Of a DNA stretch of 64,000 bases, positions 16,052-30,282 are shown one piece after another; the first letter of the stretch is position 1, and every line of letters begins with the position of its first letter. Origin of the DNA: the human T2T-CHM13v2.0 reference genome, Homo sapiens; assembly GCF_009914755.1 (NCBI RefSeq), contig NC_060929.1. One strand, written 5' to 3'. The position numbers and the translations under genes are program-made. Below the pieces are notes generated by a model, which was given only the letters and a program-made list of their open reading frames with translations, did no database searches and was not told where the DNA came from.

Positions 16052-16113
16052 AAAAGACTCGTCATTTCAAAAGCAAAACTGACTCAAACTCCAAGAAATG
16101 TGTAGTTTCATAA
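16052..16113 (+). CDS. ANKDD1B: ANKDD1B last coding exon (EKTRHFKSKTDSNSKKCVVS*)
   Basis: attttttccag| acceptor; phase matches previous exon; TAA at 16111-16113. Confidence 0.9.
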
Positions 16114-16419
16114 ATGCCTAAAGAAATTGTATTTACATGATTTTCCACTCAGCATTCAGTTCTTTTAATGCCATAAATTTCTTCTAGCAGTAGCACTGAT
16201 TTTCAACTATGATGATGGTGGTGACAGGGAACTCTAACAGATGAAAGAAGAGTAATACCATGATACTTTTCAACCACTAAAAAGTCAAATATAGTTTTTT
16301 TTGCTGAGGGCAAGTTGTATGTGATTTTCCCATTTCTATCAATCATTTGATGTAATCCATGTAATAAGATAATCTAGGACGGTTTTGTATGTCATGTTTT
16401 TTTAAAAAACTCATGGGAG

Positions 16420-16660
16420 CAGCATCATGGTACAGTAAAAAAACAAGGGTTTTTATAATAGACAAATATGGTTTTGAACTTGGTTTTGCCACTTATTAGA
16501 TGTGAACCTTTGGGCATGTTAATGTTGTTTACGTTCTTAGATCTTCAGTTTCCTTCTCTATAAACTGGGAGAGATGTCTATTTAATCCATAGGGTTGGAA
16601 TGAAGATGAAGGGAAAATGCCTGTGTAGCCTCATGCCCATAGTACGGAAATCAACTGCTA
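16420..16660 (+). mobile_element. MIR in ANKDD1B 3'UTR
   Basis: MIR core: tttgccacttattagatgtgaacctttgggcatgtta...tcagtttccttctctataaactggg. Confidence 0.65.
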
Positions 16661-16894
16661 TTTCTCTTTCAGTAAGAGAAACTGGGTTTGGAATTTATAG
16701 TCATTGTTGACTTTAAATCACACATTTTGTGTAATATATTACTTAGGAAAGACCAGAAGTATGTACACCATTTTTTTTTTTTTTTAAATCTCTTGGTGAT
16801 GTAATTACAGATGATTATTTTCTTTGTACTTTTGGGTACATTCCATTCTTTTTCACAAAGAACATGCATTATTTTTGTAATCTAAGAGTTATGA

Positions 16895-16900
16895 AATAAA
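16895..16900 (+). terminator. ANKDD1B: ANKDD1B polyadenylation signal AATAAA (3'UTR about 16114-16920)
   Basis: Canonical hexamer followed about 20 nt later by GT-rich gtttgtgtcagtttatgtg. Confidence 0.75.
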
Positions 16901-18752
16901 TGTAAAATTGAGTATCAGTTTGTGTCAGTTTATGTGCACCTATTCATTCGAATTTAAGACTCTACATTCTCAGATTCTGACTCTAAATTTACAAGGCACA
17001 TACTAAAACCATAAGCAATTTCAATCCAGTTATTCTATCATGAATTTATAGTTTTATGTCTTTGTCTCATACTGATTATAAATGGCCCACTTAATCTTAT
17101 GAATGTTTAAAACAGGTAATAGATTCACATGATTCCAAAACGTTTTTCAAAAACATATTGAGAAGAAGTATTGTCCCATCTGTTCTTCAGTATGGCCAGT
17201 TTCCACTGACCTCTCTTTCTCTATTACTGCTCCCCACCAGATTGGGGTAACCTCTTTATGCAAAAATAAACAAATATGAATATATACTATAACTGTGTCA
17301 AGTGTTAAACTGTTGAATTTACATTAACTTAGGCCAACACTAATTGCTTGGTGCTTTAGACAACATACATTTCTAGAGCTTAAAGCTTAAAAATATGTTT
17401 ATAATATTCTTAATCACAACATTCATAATATTCACTTCAGTTTGTCCATATTGTTTTGGCTTGGATACTGAAAACCATTCCTAGTTGTAGTCTAGATTCC
17501 TCAAAAAGTAGAGCTTGTCTAAGACCGAAGTTTGTGTGCAACAACTTTTTCAGAAGTGTACATCCGGGGAAGGAGCGGAGGAGAAAGGGGAGTTGTCTAG
17601 GGAGGAGGGAGAGCAAGAACAAAGCGAATTACCTAAGTGGCCATCACTTGGTACAAGCATAACTGATTATTTAATCTTGGGCTACTCTATTCTGAGAGAC
17701 ATGATATACTAATGCATCTCAGGACAATTCATACAGGGAGAAGGAAGGAAGAATTGGTCTGTTTACCATAATGCCAAGTATTAATTCTGGGTTGCATGAG
17801 TGGGCTCCCCAGTGGAGCCTGCACTATCCTGACTCAACTGGGAGTGAACGGGGAAGCCCGGGAAGAGCACACACATGGAAAGGGCACGAGATGAGGTGCT
17901 TGTGGTTTGTGTTCATGAAAAGCTTGCTGAAGACCATGAGGGGTGGAGCTGTTTGTTTACCACAATGGTAGCTGGGCCAGAATCCAGAACAAGTGTTGTG
18001 TAAATATCTAATACCCTTTAAGAAACAGCCTAGTAATTCAGAAAGGCCTTAGGATTCTATTTGCCTATATCACATTTATTCTCTGATGTCCTGTGAACAA
18101 TGTGAGGCAGCAAGAAAACCTATTTCCTATAATAAAAATTAGTGCAGAGAACTTATATTCAAATTAGAAGAGGCTTCAGATGATTAACTCCATCCACTCT
18201 GTTAAAAGAGATGGAAATTGAGGTCCTGGACAAACTCTTTAGAACCTGTTCATTTTTATGTATAAGTACTGTGAAATAGTAGGTAGATTTTATTCTTATT
18301 TCACAGATGAGGATCCAGAGATTCATTTAATTGTCTGGCCCACACAATCAGTCAGCAATGAAACCATTAGAAGCCAAGTCTTGTTCACCTAAATCAGTTC
18401 TGCCCAGATGGTTTCTTTGTATTGGCCAGCCATTGAAAAATTTCTGCCCAGGCCTAGGTTTGCTGAGTTGCTCAGGGCTACGCCACCACAGAACAGTGTT
18501 TAGATGTTCGGGGAGAACAAGGTAGGTTCAGTGCTGCAGAGTTTCAAATAATAAGGCGAGAAAGAACACCAGAAACAGGCTCATTCTAACAGGAAATTTC
18601 TGATACTTCTGTAACTCTAGTGCTAGTATTACAAATGTTTTCCCTTTTGGCATTAAAAAATGATTCATAGGTGTTGCCGTTTCCGTCTATTTTCAACTGT
18701 TGTTAGAGTCCTGGAAAAATGAAGACTAACATGTTAAAGCCACAAAAAACGG

Positions 18753-19054
18753 GGCCGCGCGTGGTGGCTCATGCCTGTAATCCCAGCACTTTGGGAGGCT
18801 CAGGCGGGCGGATCACTTGAGGTCAGGAATTCGGGACCAGCCTGGCCAACATGATGAAACCTTGTCTCTACTAAAAAAAGATACAAAAATTAGCCGGGCA
18901 TGGTGGCTGGCACTTGTAATCCCAGATACTCGGGAGGCTGGGGCAGGAGAATTGCTTGAACATGGGAGGAGGAGGCAGTGAGCCGAGGTCACACCATTGC
19001 ATTCCAACCTGGGTGACAGAGCGAGACTCTGTCTCAAAAAAAAAAAAAAAAAAA
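18753..19054 (+). mobile_element. AluS element in the intergenic gap
   Basis: Full dimer with A tail. Confidence 0.95.
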
Positions 19055-19284
19055 TCATTATTACACTTGGTCTTTTTTAAATTAAAAATAAAAATATCCT
19101 AGTTTCCACTAGTTCTAATACTTTGTTTTTAGTAAGGTTCCCTCTCAACACTTTGAGTGAATTACAGCTGTGTAATATTGGAAATGATTTAGTGTTTTAT
19201 AAATAGTGAAAATAAATTTATATATTTTGATGCTGTAATCAGCAACAGGCTAAACATATTAAAGAAATAAAGTCCAGTTTCTTT

Positions 19285-19290
19285 TTTAAT
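19285..19290 (-). terminator. POC5: Candidate POC5 polyadenylation signal ATTAAA (a TATAAA variant also lies near 19217-19222)
   Basis: Variant hexamer about 225 nt downstream of the stop, followed by U-rich sequence on the - strand. Exact cleavage site cannot be determined. Confidence 0.5.
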
Positions 19291-19514
19291 TTAAAAAAGT
19301 TTTACTTAATTGCTTAAATAAAAAATAACATTAAAATAATTTCTACATATAGTTACAAAGCATGGTAGAGCTTGAAAAAGCCTCTTGTAATTTTGAACAG
19401 ATGAACATGATGTCTCCATGATGTTCTAACAATATGGAAAAGTTAAAACCAAAAGACTTCTAACCCTTGGTAAGACCAGAGGGATTAAAAGACCCCACTA
19501 TGGACATATTCACT

Positions 19515-19658
19515 TTAGTCAACCACTTTTATGGAATGAACACTTGTGAGAGACTGGGTGTGAGCTGATCTGGTTCCAAGTGATCTGGAAGCTGAGGTAC
19601 TACTTTCAGGATGAATGGTCCGGGGATATTTTGCTGCAGTTGCTTGAGGAATGGTTTG
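19515..19658 (-). CDS. POC5: POC5 exon 12 coding part ([47 protein letters not shown])
   Basis: ttttcag| acceptor; TAA at 19517-19515; summed CDS is 1728 nt = 575 aa. Confidence 0.95.
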   Translation of the reverse strand, partial: QTIPQATAAKYPRTIHPESSTSASRSLGTRSAHTQSLTSVHSIKVVD

Positions 19659-21750
19659 CTGAAAAGACAAAATTCTGCTTTAATAATATCCCAAGATTAT
19701 GTATACTATGTATCATTTCATCATCTATCATCTATAATTTAACCCAATAAACATTTGTTAAGATCCAGTAGAAAGAAGCAATGAGTGGAGTGAAGCAGCT
19801 GTTAATTAGATGAGGCCTTTGTCTGTAAGGAACCCCTACCCAGTCTGACTGACATGTTCAACACCCACAGTGTAATATCAGAGCTATATCCACAAGGCTC
19901 ATTAAGAAAGCCACGGCAGCCATTCCTCCAACAGGGCCAAGTGGAATCTTGTAATGTGTACAGAGGCTTTGTATACAGAGAGAAACTCTGTGGTGTCTGG
20001 AAGAGGGGTCAGCCCTGAGTCCTCCCCTCATTCCATCCAACTTCCTTCTCTCTACTTGACTGTTAGTATGTGGATGTGATTATCTCACAATCCCAGGGGC
20101 ACACGGAAGCCCTCAGGATGCAGTCTGGTCCTTGCTTTAAACCAGAGCCCTCATATTTAACCTGGTTCACCTGGGAGCAGACTAAAACTTTTATGCACAT
20201 CACCTCAGAGCTCAAAGGAACACCTCAGACATGAGCACTGAGTCATTAAAGTCAGGACACACGTGACTTACTTGACACACATAATATGCATGTAATGCAT
20301 GTAAGTACACACTATGTATACAAGTACACATTTACATGTAAACATGAACAATATGTATCAGTACAAGGCTTTTCCCTATTAAACCCGATAAAGCTTCTTA
20401 GTAGCCAGCAGTGGGATTTGTTATCAAGTTCTCAGTCCATATCACTGACTAGGACATGTCAATTTCTATTAGGGTCTTCCACTTAGAAAAGTCATTGTTA
20501 AAATAGTTTAAGTAAAATTACATGTATTTGGTCAAAACATTCACTATGTATTTAAAAAACTCCAAGCTGTAGTTTTTGCTTAAAAAAAGAATGAAACTTC
20601 TTAAAAACAAAAGATCCTGTCAGATTCCATTTTAAAAAGAACAGAACTCCTTTTTAAAGAAAAATAACTTCTTTTCTTAAAGTATCTTATAAAAACGTTT
20701 ATTTGTACATAAACAACTGGATAACCATTATAAATAGGAGATACTCTTGCAACAGATAAGAAATTTTAGTTGCCAGTCACCTAATTAGTTGCCAGCCACT
20801 AACCTGAGCCTGCCAAAAAGGCTTTCTCCTTGAGGAGGATGGGCAAGAGGAACTGTAGAAATAAAGTAGCCACTGAAATTATGATACACAAAATATGACA
20901 GAGAATGAAGTGGCCCTAGAAGCATGCAGTTACCCAGCAGATGAGGCTACAGTGTCACAAATCGCATCCTTGGTTTTTTAGTAATAACTATTTCTGGTAG
21001 ATTTAGATCTTGATTCCCAGGGTGAAAAGAAATACAGTACAAATGACTGCCACTGTGTCTGTCACATAATCCAGGCAGCTGATGGCTATCTGGTTCATAC
21101 GCAGTTAGTGGGTAAGAAATGCACATACTGAATAAAGGGAGGGCAGCATGGGAGATAAGTATCAGAAACAAGGGTTCTAAATGTTTAGTACTTTGATTTT
21201 TCTTCTGTAAAATATGAATTCCCATCATTACTACAAAACAAAAGCTTGTCTAATAAAAAATAAACACACATGTGCTCTCTTTACACCTTCTTTACCTCAC
21301 AAATGGACAGTCTCTCACCATCTCTATACATTTTCTACATCTGAAAAAACAGAAGTGGGTTTATTTCTTCTCATTTTTGATAACTTGTCTTCCATATTCA
21401 AAAATATATAGAAAAGTCTTCTACGAACTTTCAGAGTCTGTCCAACTTATGAAACATGAAACCTAAGATAATTCTAAAATAAATCCTCTGTCATCTCCAT
21501 GTCTCTATCTGGACTTGGTGCTTCTATCTCCAGCCTTCCACCTCGCTAAGGTCCCACTTCACCTGAAGTTCAGTTCAAATCAATCCAGCTTGTCTTCATT
21601 TAATCATCTAGTGCCCAGCTAGTACTCGGGGAAAAAAGGATTTAAAATCATTCCATATACTTTTTTTTTGCTAATACTTAGAAAGTACACAGGAACGTTG
21701 TCCGATGCTGAGAATTTATAGAGGGCATTCTCTTTTAAAATCAGTCCCTG

Positions 21751-21924
21751 AAATCAGCTGGGGGTGGTGGCGGGTGCCTGTAATCCCAGCTACTCGGGAG
21801 GCTGAGGCAGGAGAATTGTTTGAACCCAGGGGGCGGAGATTGCAGTGCGCCAACATTGCGCCATTGCACTCTATCTAGCCTGGGAGACAAGAGAGAAACT
21901 CTGTCTCAAAAAAAAAAATAAATA

Positions 21925-21953
<29 letters not shown>
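21751..21953 (+). mobile_element. 5'-truncated Alu (right monomer) with (AAAT)n tail
   Basis: Begins at the Alu linker; tail has become an AAAT microsatellite. Confidence 0.9.
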
Positions 21954-21955
<2 letters not shown>

Positions 21956-22854
21956 CTTGTTTTTCTTTAGGGATGTTCTTATCACTCTTATTATACTTTT
22001 TGAGATAATTGTTGATTCGTACACATTTGTAGGAAATAATTCAGAGATATCTCATGTATCTTTTTCTAGTAACTTTCAGTAAGTTAAATTTGCTTATGGT
22101 TTTATAGTTTATAAAATGCCTTAATACATCTCGTTTAATTTTCACATTATCTCATTTAATCTTGAATCCTAACAATAACCCAAGGAGCTAACTATTTTTA
22201 TTAACCCCATTTTACAGAAGAGAAAGTGGAGGCTCAAATATTTTACTTGATTTGTATATATCACAAAGCCAACAAGTAGCAAAGCTGAAGCACTAACTCG
22301 GGTTTTAAAATTTTTGCTTCAAATTCAATGCACCTTCTTTATATCACATGCATTTACTGCAAGTTGAATTTTGTTAAACTAAAAACATGCTGACAATTGT
22401 ACTGAAAAAAGGGGAAGACTTTTTTTAAAAAAGGACCAAAAATTAAAAACTATAAATGTAGGGGAGTTTTCTTGTAATCAAATATCTGCTACATGAGCAG
22501 CTAGTGAGTGAACAATTTTTGTCTCTTTTTAAACTGATAATAAAGCATTTACATATTTTACTCTTTTGACCACAAACACACTGGATTACTTTTAGTATTT
22601 TATAATTTTTACAGTTTGGAAGAAACGATGTTTCTGAAATTAATTTCCCAACAGCAGAAACGTAGATTTATAGCAGGTTTGAGAAAAACAAGTATATATA
22701 TTAAAAAAAAAAAAAAAACTGTAACAGGAAAAGGCAGAACAAGTACCAGTCATCATAAATTTTTATCTTCTCAACATGTTATGTAAGTGTTTACTAGTCT
22801 ATGAACTCTCAGGAAAAAGACTTTTTGACAAAAGGTCATCAAATGTGGACTCAC

Positions 22855-23031
22855 CACTGTGACTGGATGATGTTTTTCCACAACAACTGAGCTCATGGGA
22901 GGAGAAACTCCCATTATAGCTAAACTGCTGCTAATTCTATTTTTTGAAGCAAAATCACATCTTCCTGTGATCCGGGCTGTAATAGTTCTTCCTGCTTTCT
23001 GTTGTGCAGAGGTTACAACTCTTGGCACATA
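22855..23031 (-). CDS. POC5: POC5 exon 11 ([27 protein letters not shown]...[11 protein letters not shown])
   Basis: ORF 22771..23028; ttcttag| acceptor, GTG|gtgagt donor; 177 nt. Confidence 0.96.
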
Positions 23032-23274
23032 CTAAGAAGAAAAAAAAATAAAAGAAGTAACAAGGTGGCAGAAAATCCACAGCAAAATCTATTGATTCCA
23101 TAAATTATGAAGAATACACAGGCACTTAAAATAACTGTATGTTCAACCAACTTTAACATGGAAAAAACAAAATCACAAGACGAAAAGCAAAACAAAACTG
23201 AACACCCCAAAATATCCCTTTAACCTGAGTATGCCAACGATTTTATAAGATTTTAGAAACTTAAAAAACCAACT

Positions 23275-23600
23275 TTTTTTTTTTAAATGATAGATTTATA
23301 GAAAGACACAGAGATCATATTGAAAAGTACTGTGTGCTCTTCACCCAGTTTCCTGCCATGGTTACATCTGACATAATTAGAATATAACAAAGTCAAAACC
23401 AGGAAGCTCACCATGAGATAATGCCTGTGTATAGATCTCTGTCATTTTATCACCTAAGTTCCTGTTAACTATCACTCAATCAAGATACAGAATACTCATC
23501 ACCACGAAGATCTCCCTCGTGCCACCCTTGACAGTCATATCCATCTCTCTGTTCCTTCCCCAACCATCCTTAACCTCTGGAAACCATTAATCTGTTTTAT
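23275..23600 (-). mobile_element. Old L1M (L1MC-like) fragment
   Basis: ttcacccagtttcc...aaaaccaggaag...caatcaagatacagaa...aacctctggaaaccattaatctgtt. Confidence 0.6.
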
Positions 23601-26600
23601 GGACTCTTTGATCCTTAAGCATAATTAATATTATCATTACACATATGCTTCTGTGTTCTGCCTTTTTTCCTTCTCATTTTATTAATATACTTTTTTTTTA
23701 CGAGGTAATACAGAGACCTGCTATAGTTCTTAATGAGATGGTTTTTATACCAACATACTACTTTGTCTTTCTTTTTCTATTACATTTAGCACATTTTGCA
23801 AAAGAAAAATCCTCTTTTGAGAGTTACTTCTGTATAATAAAAATATATTGCAAACAATGGAACGATCATATCAAAAAGTATTATCAGCTTTTATAGCTTT
23901 TGCTGCTTATCGCTGGATAATACTCCAGAAAAATATTTACAGCAGGAATAACACGTAAGTGGACTATTTTTCCACTGTCAATCAATTACACAGCCGCCTG
24001 TTTAAGTCTGAGGTGAAATCTACTATTCAAGTTGTGGTTCTTTATTAATGTTTCATATTTGTATTCCATTTTGTCAACTATTCATCTTATTTGCTAAGAA
24101 TTGAAAGGATATTAATATTTAAATTTAATAGTTCCTGACGAGTACTAAACTCATTTAATAATTATAGATACTTATCTCAGAGTGTAAACGATTTCCCCAT
24201 TTCATGTATTTGTCTTAATTTTCAATGCACATCCATTTTTTTAAGTTGTGGTTAATCCTGTCATTAATTTCCTCTTGCTTCCATGATGAAACCAAAACCA
24301 GCTTTGGACAGCTGAGGTAGTTATATTCTTATAACATTTACTTATTTTGGCTTAGCTTATTAAAACATTTGAAATTCCAGTGTGAAGTATTAATCTAAAT
24401 TCATTTTTTCTCTAAACAGTTTTTCCAAAGGCATTTATTAAGTATCAATCTTTTCCCGATTATTATAGTTCATCTGTGATTCTCCATATAGCTGCATCTA
24501 GCTACACACAGTCACAGCTGTATATTGAAATGGGAAGAGAGTGGGCTTCAGGAGAGATGTCTCTGGGAAAATTAAAATGACAGAGTATTGATGTTTTTGG
24601 AAGACCCTATGGAAAACAGCATTCAGTGGGGTTTTGTAATCCTTGGAGAGTTTGGAAATAATTCACTATAGTTGGATAGAAAACCGAAGATAAAAATGAA
24701 GCAATTAATTCTAAGAACAAAACATTATACCAGAAAGGAAATGTAGTCATAGTACACATTCATGGCTTAGCTATATTAGTAATCATAAATGATTTAATCT
24801 GAAATGGGAATATCTATAACATACAGGGAGGATAAGGAAAGTGAAGAGAGAGAGAAGGAATAAGGTGGCATCAGGAGGCCAAGTCCTCTTATCTGTAATA
24901 AGTTAACAGATAATGTTTGAAATTAATAAATGTAGAAATAATGATATAAACATACTATTTAGGAAAAAATGGAAACAGAAGAAACAGCTAACAGAGTTAG
25001 GGAGAGGAATTTAGAAGACTGTTTCTCACTATAGTCCTTGTAAAAATGATTTGGCTTTTTAAACCATAAACTTCTATGGATCTTATGAAATTGAAAAACT
25101 AAATCTCAGATTTAAAAATATTTACAAATATGTTTTTGTGGACTAAATTCATGCTTCTGGCCTGAGGGGAACTTTGTCCTATTACTTATTACAATAAGGG
25201 ACAAAAAAGATTTTACAAACTCCTGAAGATGCTTAAATGCTATTTCAAAATAGAAAACTAATTGCTGGCAGGAATATTCTTTGCCAAAATGTGGAAATAA
25301 GTACAATTGAGTTTGTAACTTTCCTCCTGCCCAATCACGCTTGAGGGGTGTCCTCTCAGTAGCCATGATTCTCACCTGGAGCTTCAGGTGTGAATGAAAA
25401 ACTAGAGAAGTCTGGACTGAAGAAAATTAGAGTAGCAGGAAAAATGCTCATAGATGATAAGCTTCATTCAACCCAGCTCAGAATTGCTTTAGAATGCCTT
25501 CAATAATTTGAAAATATATACTCCTGTAAATAAAATGACTTCTAAAAGACTTCTAAAAGAAATCTCTATACGCTCATTGAATTAAATAGAAGTTGTCTTA
25601 AATGGCTCGCATGTTTACTGTCGGCTGCTTGTTTTCAGATGGTTTGTCACTTGTACTTGTTAATGTTTATTTAATGTATTAAAAATTGTATAAATTGATG
25701 AAAAAGTTGAAAATGCATAAGGACAATTTAGAAATAATTCATAAAGATAAATTATTAGAAAAAAGTTGCTACTAATCAGGGGGAGGAAAGAAAAACCTAG
25801 AAGGATTCTCTAATCAGATTGTTTGGAAAGTTTTGTTAGGTTCATGCTTTACAGAAACTGAAATTGGAGATCATAGAAAATATATTGGGTGTGGTTTATA
25901 TTAAAAAGATGACAATTACAATCTTTGACCCCACATTCAGTTTGGCTCCACATTTAAAACCAGCAAATTAATACATATTTATGTTTTAGGATAAAATAAT
26001 GCATTAGGTATGTATCATTCTCTGCAAATTAAATGACCACTTACTGGTACCAATCATGTTGGAGTTCATTAAATTTATCAGCTTAGCTGACTTTAAAAAA
26101 TGCTATAAAAATAAAAATTCTAGCATTTTAAGCCACATCAACATAAGCAACAAAATTGAAAGGAGTAAGAAAAAAAATGAAATGACATTAAAAACAGTAT
26201 TTGTAGCTTAATATTTGACAGAGAGACAGTACAGATCATTGGTTAAGAGTAAGAGGTCTAAATCAGATTTTCAAAGTCTGAATTCCAAATCAGTTACTAA
26301 TCGTGTCCTTAGGCAAGTTGCATACTCTCTAAGCCTCAATTTCTTCATTTATAAAATGGAGAACGCAGTACCAACTCCCTAATGATACCCTTTCACTTTC
26401 TATTCGAATGAAGAGGAAAATTAGAAGAGAAACTTTACTAAAGGTCTTTACCAAATAGCTTTAAAATTCAGTGAAAAATATTTCCCCTCAATTATTCCAA
26501 TTGAAGTTAGAAAAAGAATAAAATGCCATCTACTGTTCAACTTTATGAACTGCAATATGCTTGCTTGTATAACTGTCCAGCCTTTTTTGAAAAATGGTTT

Positions 26601-27589
26601 CCACCATGAAATTCTGATATTGTCTTTAACATACTGAGGATGTCTGCATTAAAGAAAATCATTTTAATATTATTATTTTTTAAATAATTTTATTTAAATT
26701 TAAATAATTTTTTTTAATAATAATATTTTAAAATAAGATATTATTTTATTAGCATGGTAATCTTCCATTCTCCAGTTATTTGTTTGCTAATTCTCTGTAC
26801 TTTCTGGACCTATCTCCTTTTAGCTACTGGAAATACCAAGAAAAACTGAAAAAAATTTTTGAATGTTCATAGGAAGCCTCTGTGATTAAAATGACAAGAA
26901 AGATAACCAAGCCAGGACTGCAAATCTCTCTCTTCTTTTCCTATTCCCAACAATGATGGTTTCACAGTAAGTTAGCCAACTACTGGATTTATTCCTACTT
27001 TTGTTATCAAGTTTCTTTTAAAAACAAAAACACATATTTGAGGTAAATCTGAGTATTTCAACTATATAAGGAAGGAAGAAAACTAAGATTATACTTAGAG
27101 ACAGATTTAACTGTGATTCTCTTTTCTCCCTGGCCCTAAAGGCCACTTACTTATGTGACTGAAATGGAGTGTGTATCTGTTTTTGAAGAAGTGGATATAG
27201 TGGGATGGGGCAGACAGGGAAGGGCTGTCTACAGAATATTATGGTTTTCAGGTTTCAAAGACTTCAACACTATCTCCGATGACCAGATTATTAGTTAGCA
27301 ATAAAAAGGGTGCTAAGCAAACTCATTCATTCAGTTCTTCCCATACATATTCAGGTTTACATATAAATGCAGATGTACCCATGAAGTTACATTTTAGGAA
27401 GAGAATTTTGAAAAATCTAGCTCCGCGTGTGTTAACTGCATATGCAAGATGAATGAGAAACCAGAACATAAACACAGTGAGTGAATGTTTAAATGAGGTC
27501 ATCTGTGCAGGATCACACTTCAAAATGTGTAATCATGGAAAACAAACACAGCTGAAAATATGTCAGAGTTGAATTTTAGTGTTTTATTT

Positions 27590-27893
27590 CTTTCTTTTTT
27601 TTTTTTTTTTTTGAGACAGAGTCTCACTCTGTCACCCAGGCTGCAGTGCAATGGCATGATCTTGGCTCACCGCAATCTCTGCCTCCCGGGTTCAAGTGAT
27701 TCTTCCACCTCGGCCTCCTGAGTAGCTGGGATTACAGGCGCATGCCACCACGCCCGGCTAATTTTTTTGTATTTTTGTAGAGACAGGGTTTCACCACATT
27801 GGCCAGCGTGGTCTCAATCTCCTGACCTTGTGATCCACCTGCCTCGGCCTCCCAGAGTGCTGGGATTACAGGCGTGAGCCACTGTGCTCGGCC
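27590..27893 (-). mobile_element. AluS element
   Basis: Poly-T followed by reverse-complement Alu dimer; TSD-like tgt(t/c)ttatttct. Confidence 0.95.
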
Positions 27894-28315
27894 AATGTCT
27901 TATTTCTAAGTCACAGCTCCCCCACATAAATTTCTCTTAGCCATGTGCTAGATATTTTTCAAACTCTTTGTGTCAATAATTGGTAAATAACTGATCTCAA
28001 TGTATTTTCTCCCAAAGTTAGTAGCTCTCGAAAGGTAAAAATTCAAACCTGTTAGAATACTAAAGGTGACCACTTGTCTGTCTCAATACCTCCTTTAGCT
28101 ACAGACAGCCATCCAGAGCAATGGCACCTTCTGATGGCCTGCCAAGGGAATTTTAAGACCTAAAACTTATTCTGCCTCTTCTTTCCTCTTATGTAAGTGG
28201 TTAGGAGTTGGGGAGAAGAGGAAGACAAGCAAATCAGAATCATCTCAGGAGCTTTATAAAACTATACATGCCTTTATACCAGATCCACACCACAGCAGGA
28301 AAGAAGTTAACAGTG

Positions 28316-28608
28316 TTGTTTTTTTTTTTTGAGACAGTCTCGCTGTGTCGCCCAGGCTGAAGTGCAGTGGCGTGATCTCAGCTCACTGCAACCTCTGCCT
28401 CCCTGGTTCAAGCAATTCTATGCCTCAGCCTCCCAAGTAGCTGGGATTACAGGTGCCCACCACCATGCCCGGCTAATTTTTTATATTTTTAGTAGAGACA
28501 GGATTTCACCATCTTGGCCAGGCTGGTCTTGAACTCCTGACCTCGTGATCCACCCTCCTCAGCCTCCCAAAGTGTTGGGATTACAGGCATGAGCCGCCGC
28601 GCATGGCT
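28316..28608 (-). mobile_element. AluS element
   Basis: Reverse-complement Alu dimer. Confidence 0.95.
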
Positions 28609-28777
28609 TTTTTTAAACTGACTAACTAATCACTGCTAGCTCTGCACAGGTGAGTCTGATAAGCTTGGCTTGCATCTGTACTCCACCCTTACTTGAGAAA
28701 CATGGTTTGCAGAATACAAGTTTAACAACAGGAGGCTAAGGAGTTAGAGCCACGATGTGCTTCATCTGAAACTCTAG

Positions 28778-29079
<302 letters not shown>

Positions 29080-29439
29080 TCTTACCATATTAACAGCTTG
29101 ATCAATTTCATTTCAGGCAAGTTCTCACACAAACCTTCCATCCCCATTTAACACTATCCTCTTGGCACTTCTCTAATAGCAGCTCACTGATTCTAGGAAA
29201 AACTATTCCTCTCCATTCCAATTACAAATTACAAATTAAAACTCGATCAAGATGGAGTTACTACAGAGCAGTGTTAGTGATATATCTGCATTTAGGAAAA
29301 AGGAAAGGTGTTAGCTGAATAGAAAATATAAAATTAAATATACATTAACCTCCCACACCTTTGAAAACACCCAATAGTGTTCTTCAAACATAGTCTGTCC
29401 TTCACTCTTTCTCAAATTAAATCTACTTTTCCTACATAA

Positions 29440-29737
29440 TTTTTTTTTTTTTTTTTTTGCGACGGAGTTTCACTCTTGTTGCCCAGGCTGGAGTGCAATG
29501 GCATCATCTTGGCTCACTGCAACTTCGCCTCCGGGGTTCAAGCAATTCTCCTGCCTCAGCCTCCCGAGTAGATGGGATTACAGGCACACACCACCACGCT
29601 CGGCTAATTTTTTGTATTTTTAGTAGAGGCGGGGTTTCACCATGGCCAGGCTGGTCTTGAACTTCTGACCTCAGGTGATCCGCCCACCTCGGCCTCCCAG
29701 AGTGCTGGGATTACAGGCGTGAGCCACCGCGCCCGGC
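29440..29737 (-). mobile_element. AluSp/Sq-like element
   Basis: ggagtttcactcttgttgccc; TSD cctacataattttt. Confidence 0.95.
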
Positions 29738-29946
29738 TCCTACATAATTTTTGAAAAATATAAAAAAGTTCTTTGTCTTAATTATCACTACTATGACAGC
29801 ACTTTCAGGTATTTTCATTACAATTTAATGCTCTAGTCACTTTGTGTATTAAATATTTTCAGTGACTTTGCCTAAATACCACAGATTTTTTTTTTCTCCA
29901 TAGGAAAATATTTTATGAGTTCAAAATATTAAATTTACAAACAAGC

Positions 29947-30242
29947 TTTTTTTTTTTTTTTGAGATGGAGTCTCGCTCTGTTGCCCAGGCTGGAGTGCAG
30001 TGGCGCGATCTCGGCTCACTGCAAGCTCTGTCTACAGGGTTCACGCCATTCTCCTGCCTTGGCCTCCTGAGTAGCTGGGACTACAGGCGGCTGCCACCAC
30101 ACCCGGCTAATTTTTCGTATTTTTAGTAGAGACGGGGTTTCACCGTGTTAGCCAGGATGGTCTCGATCTCCTGACCTCGTGATCCACCTGCCTCGGCCTC
30201 CCAAAGTGCTGGGATTACAGGTGTGAGCCACTGGGCCTGGCC
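29947..30242 (-). mobile_element. AluY-like element 40 bp from the POC5 exon 10 donor
   Basis: gcaagctc, ttcacgccattctc and caccgtgttagccaggatggtctcgatctc AluY diagnostics. Confidence 0.95.
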
Positions 30243-30282
30243 GCCCTTTTCATAAGGTGGGACCTGTATAAACTGTACTAAC

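Noticed and set aside
17450-18010. Possible old ERVL/LTR fragment in the intergenic gap
   Set aside because: Looks repeat-derived, but I cannot assign a family or boundaries without a Dfam search.
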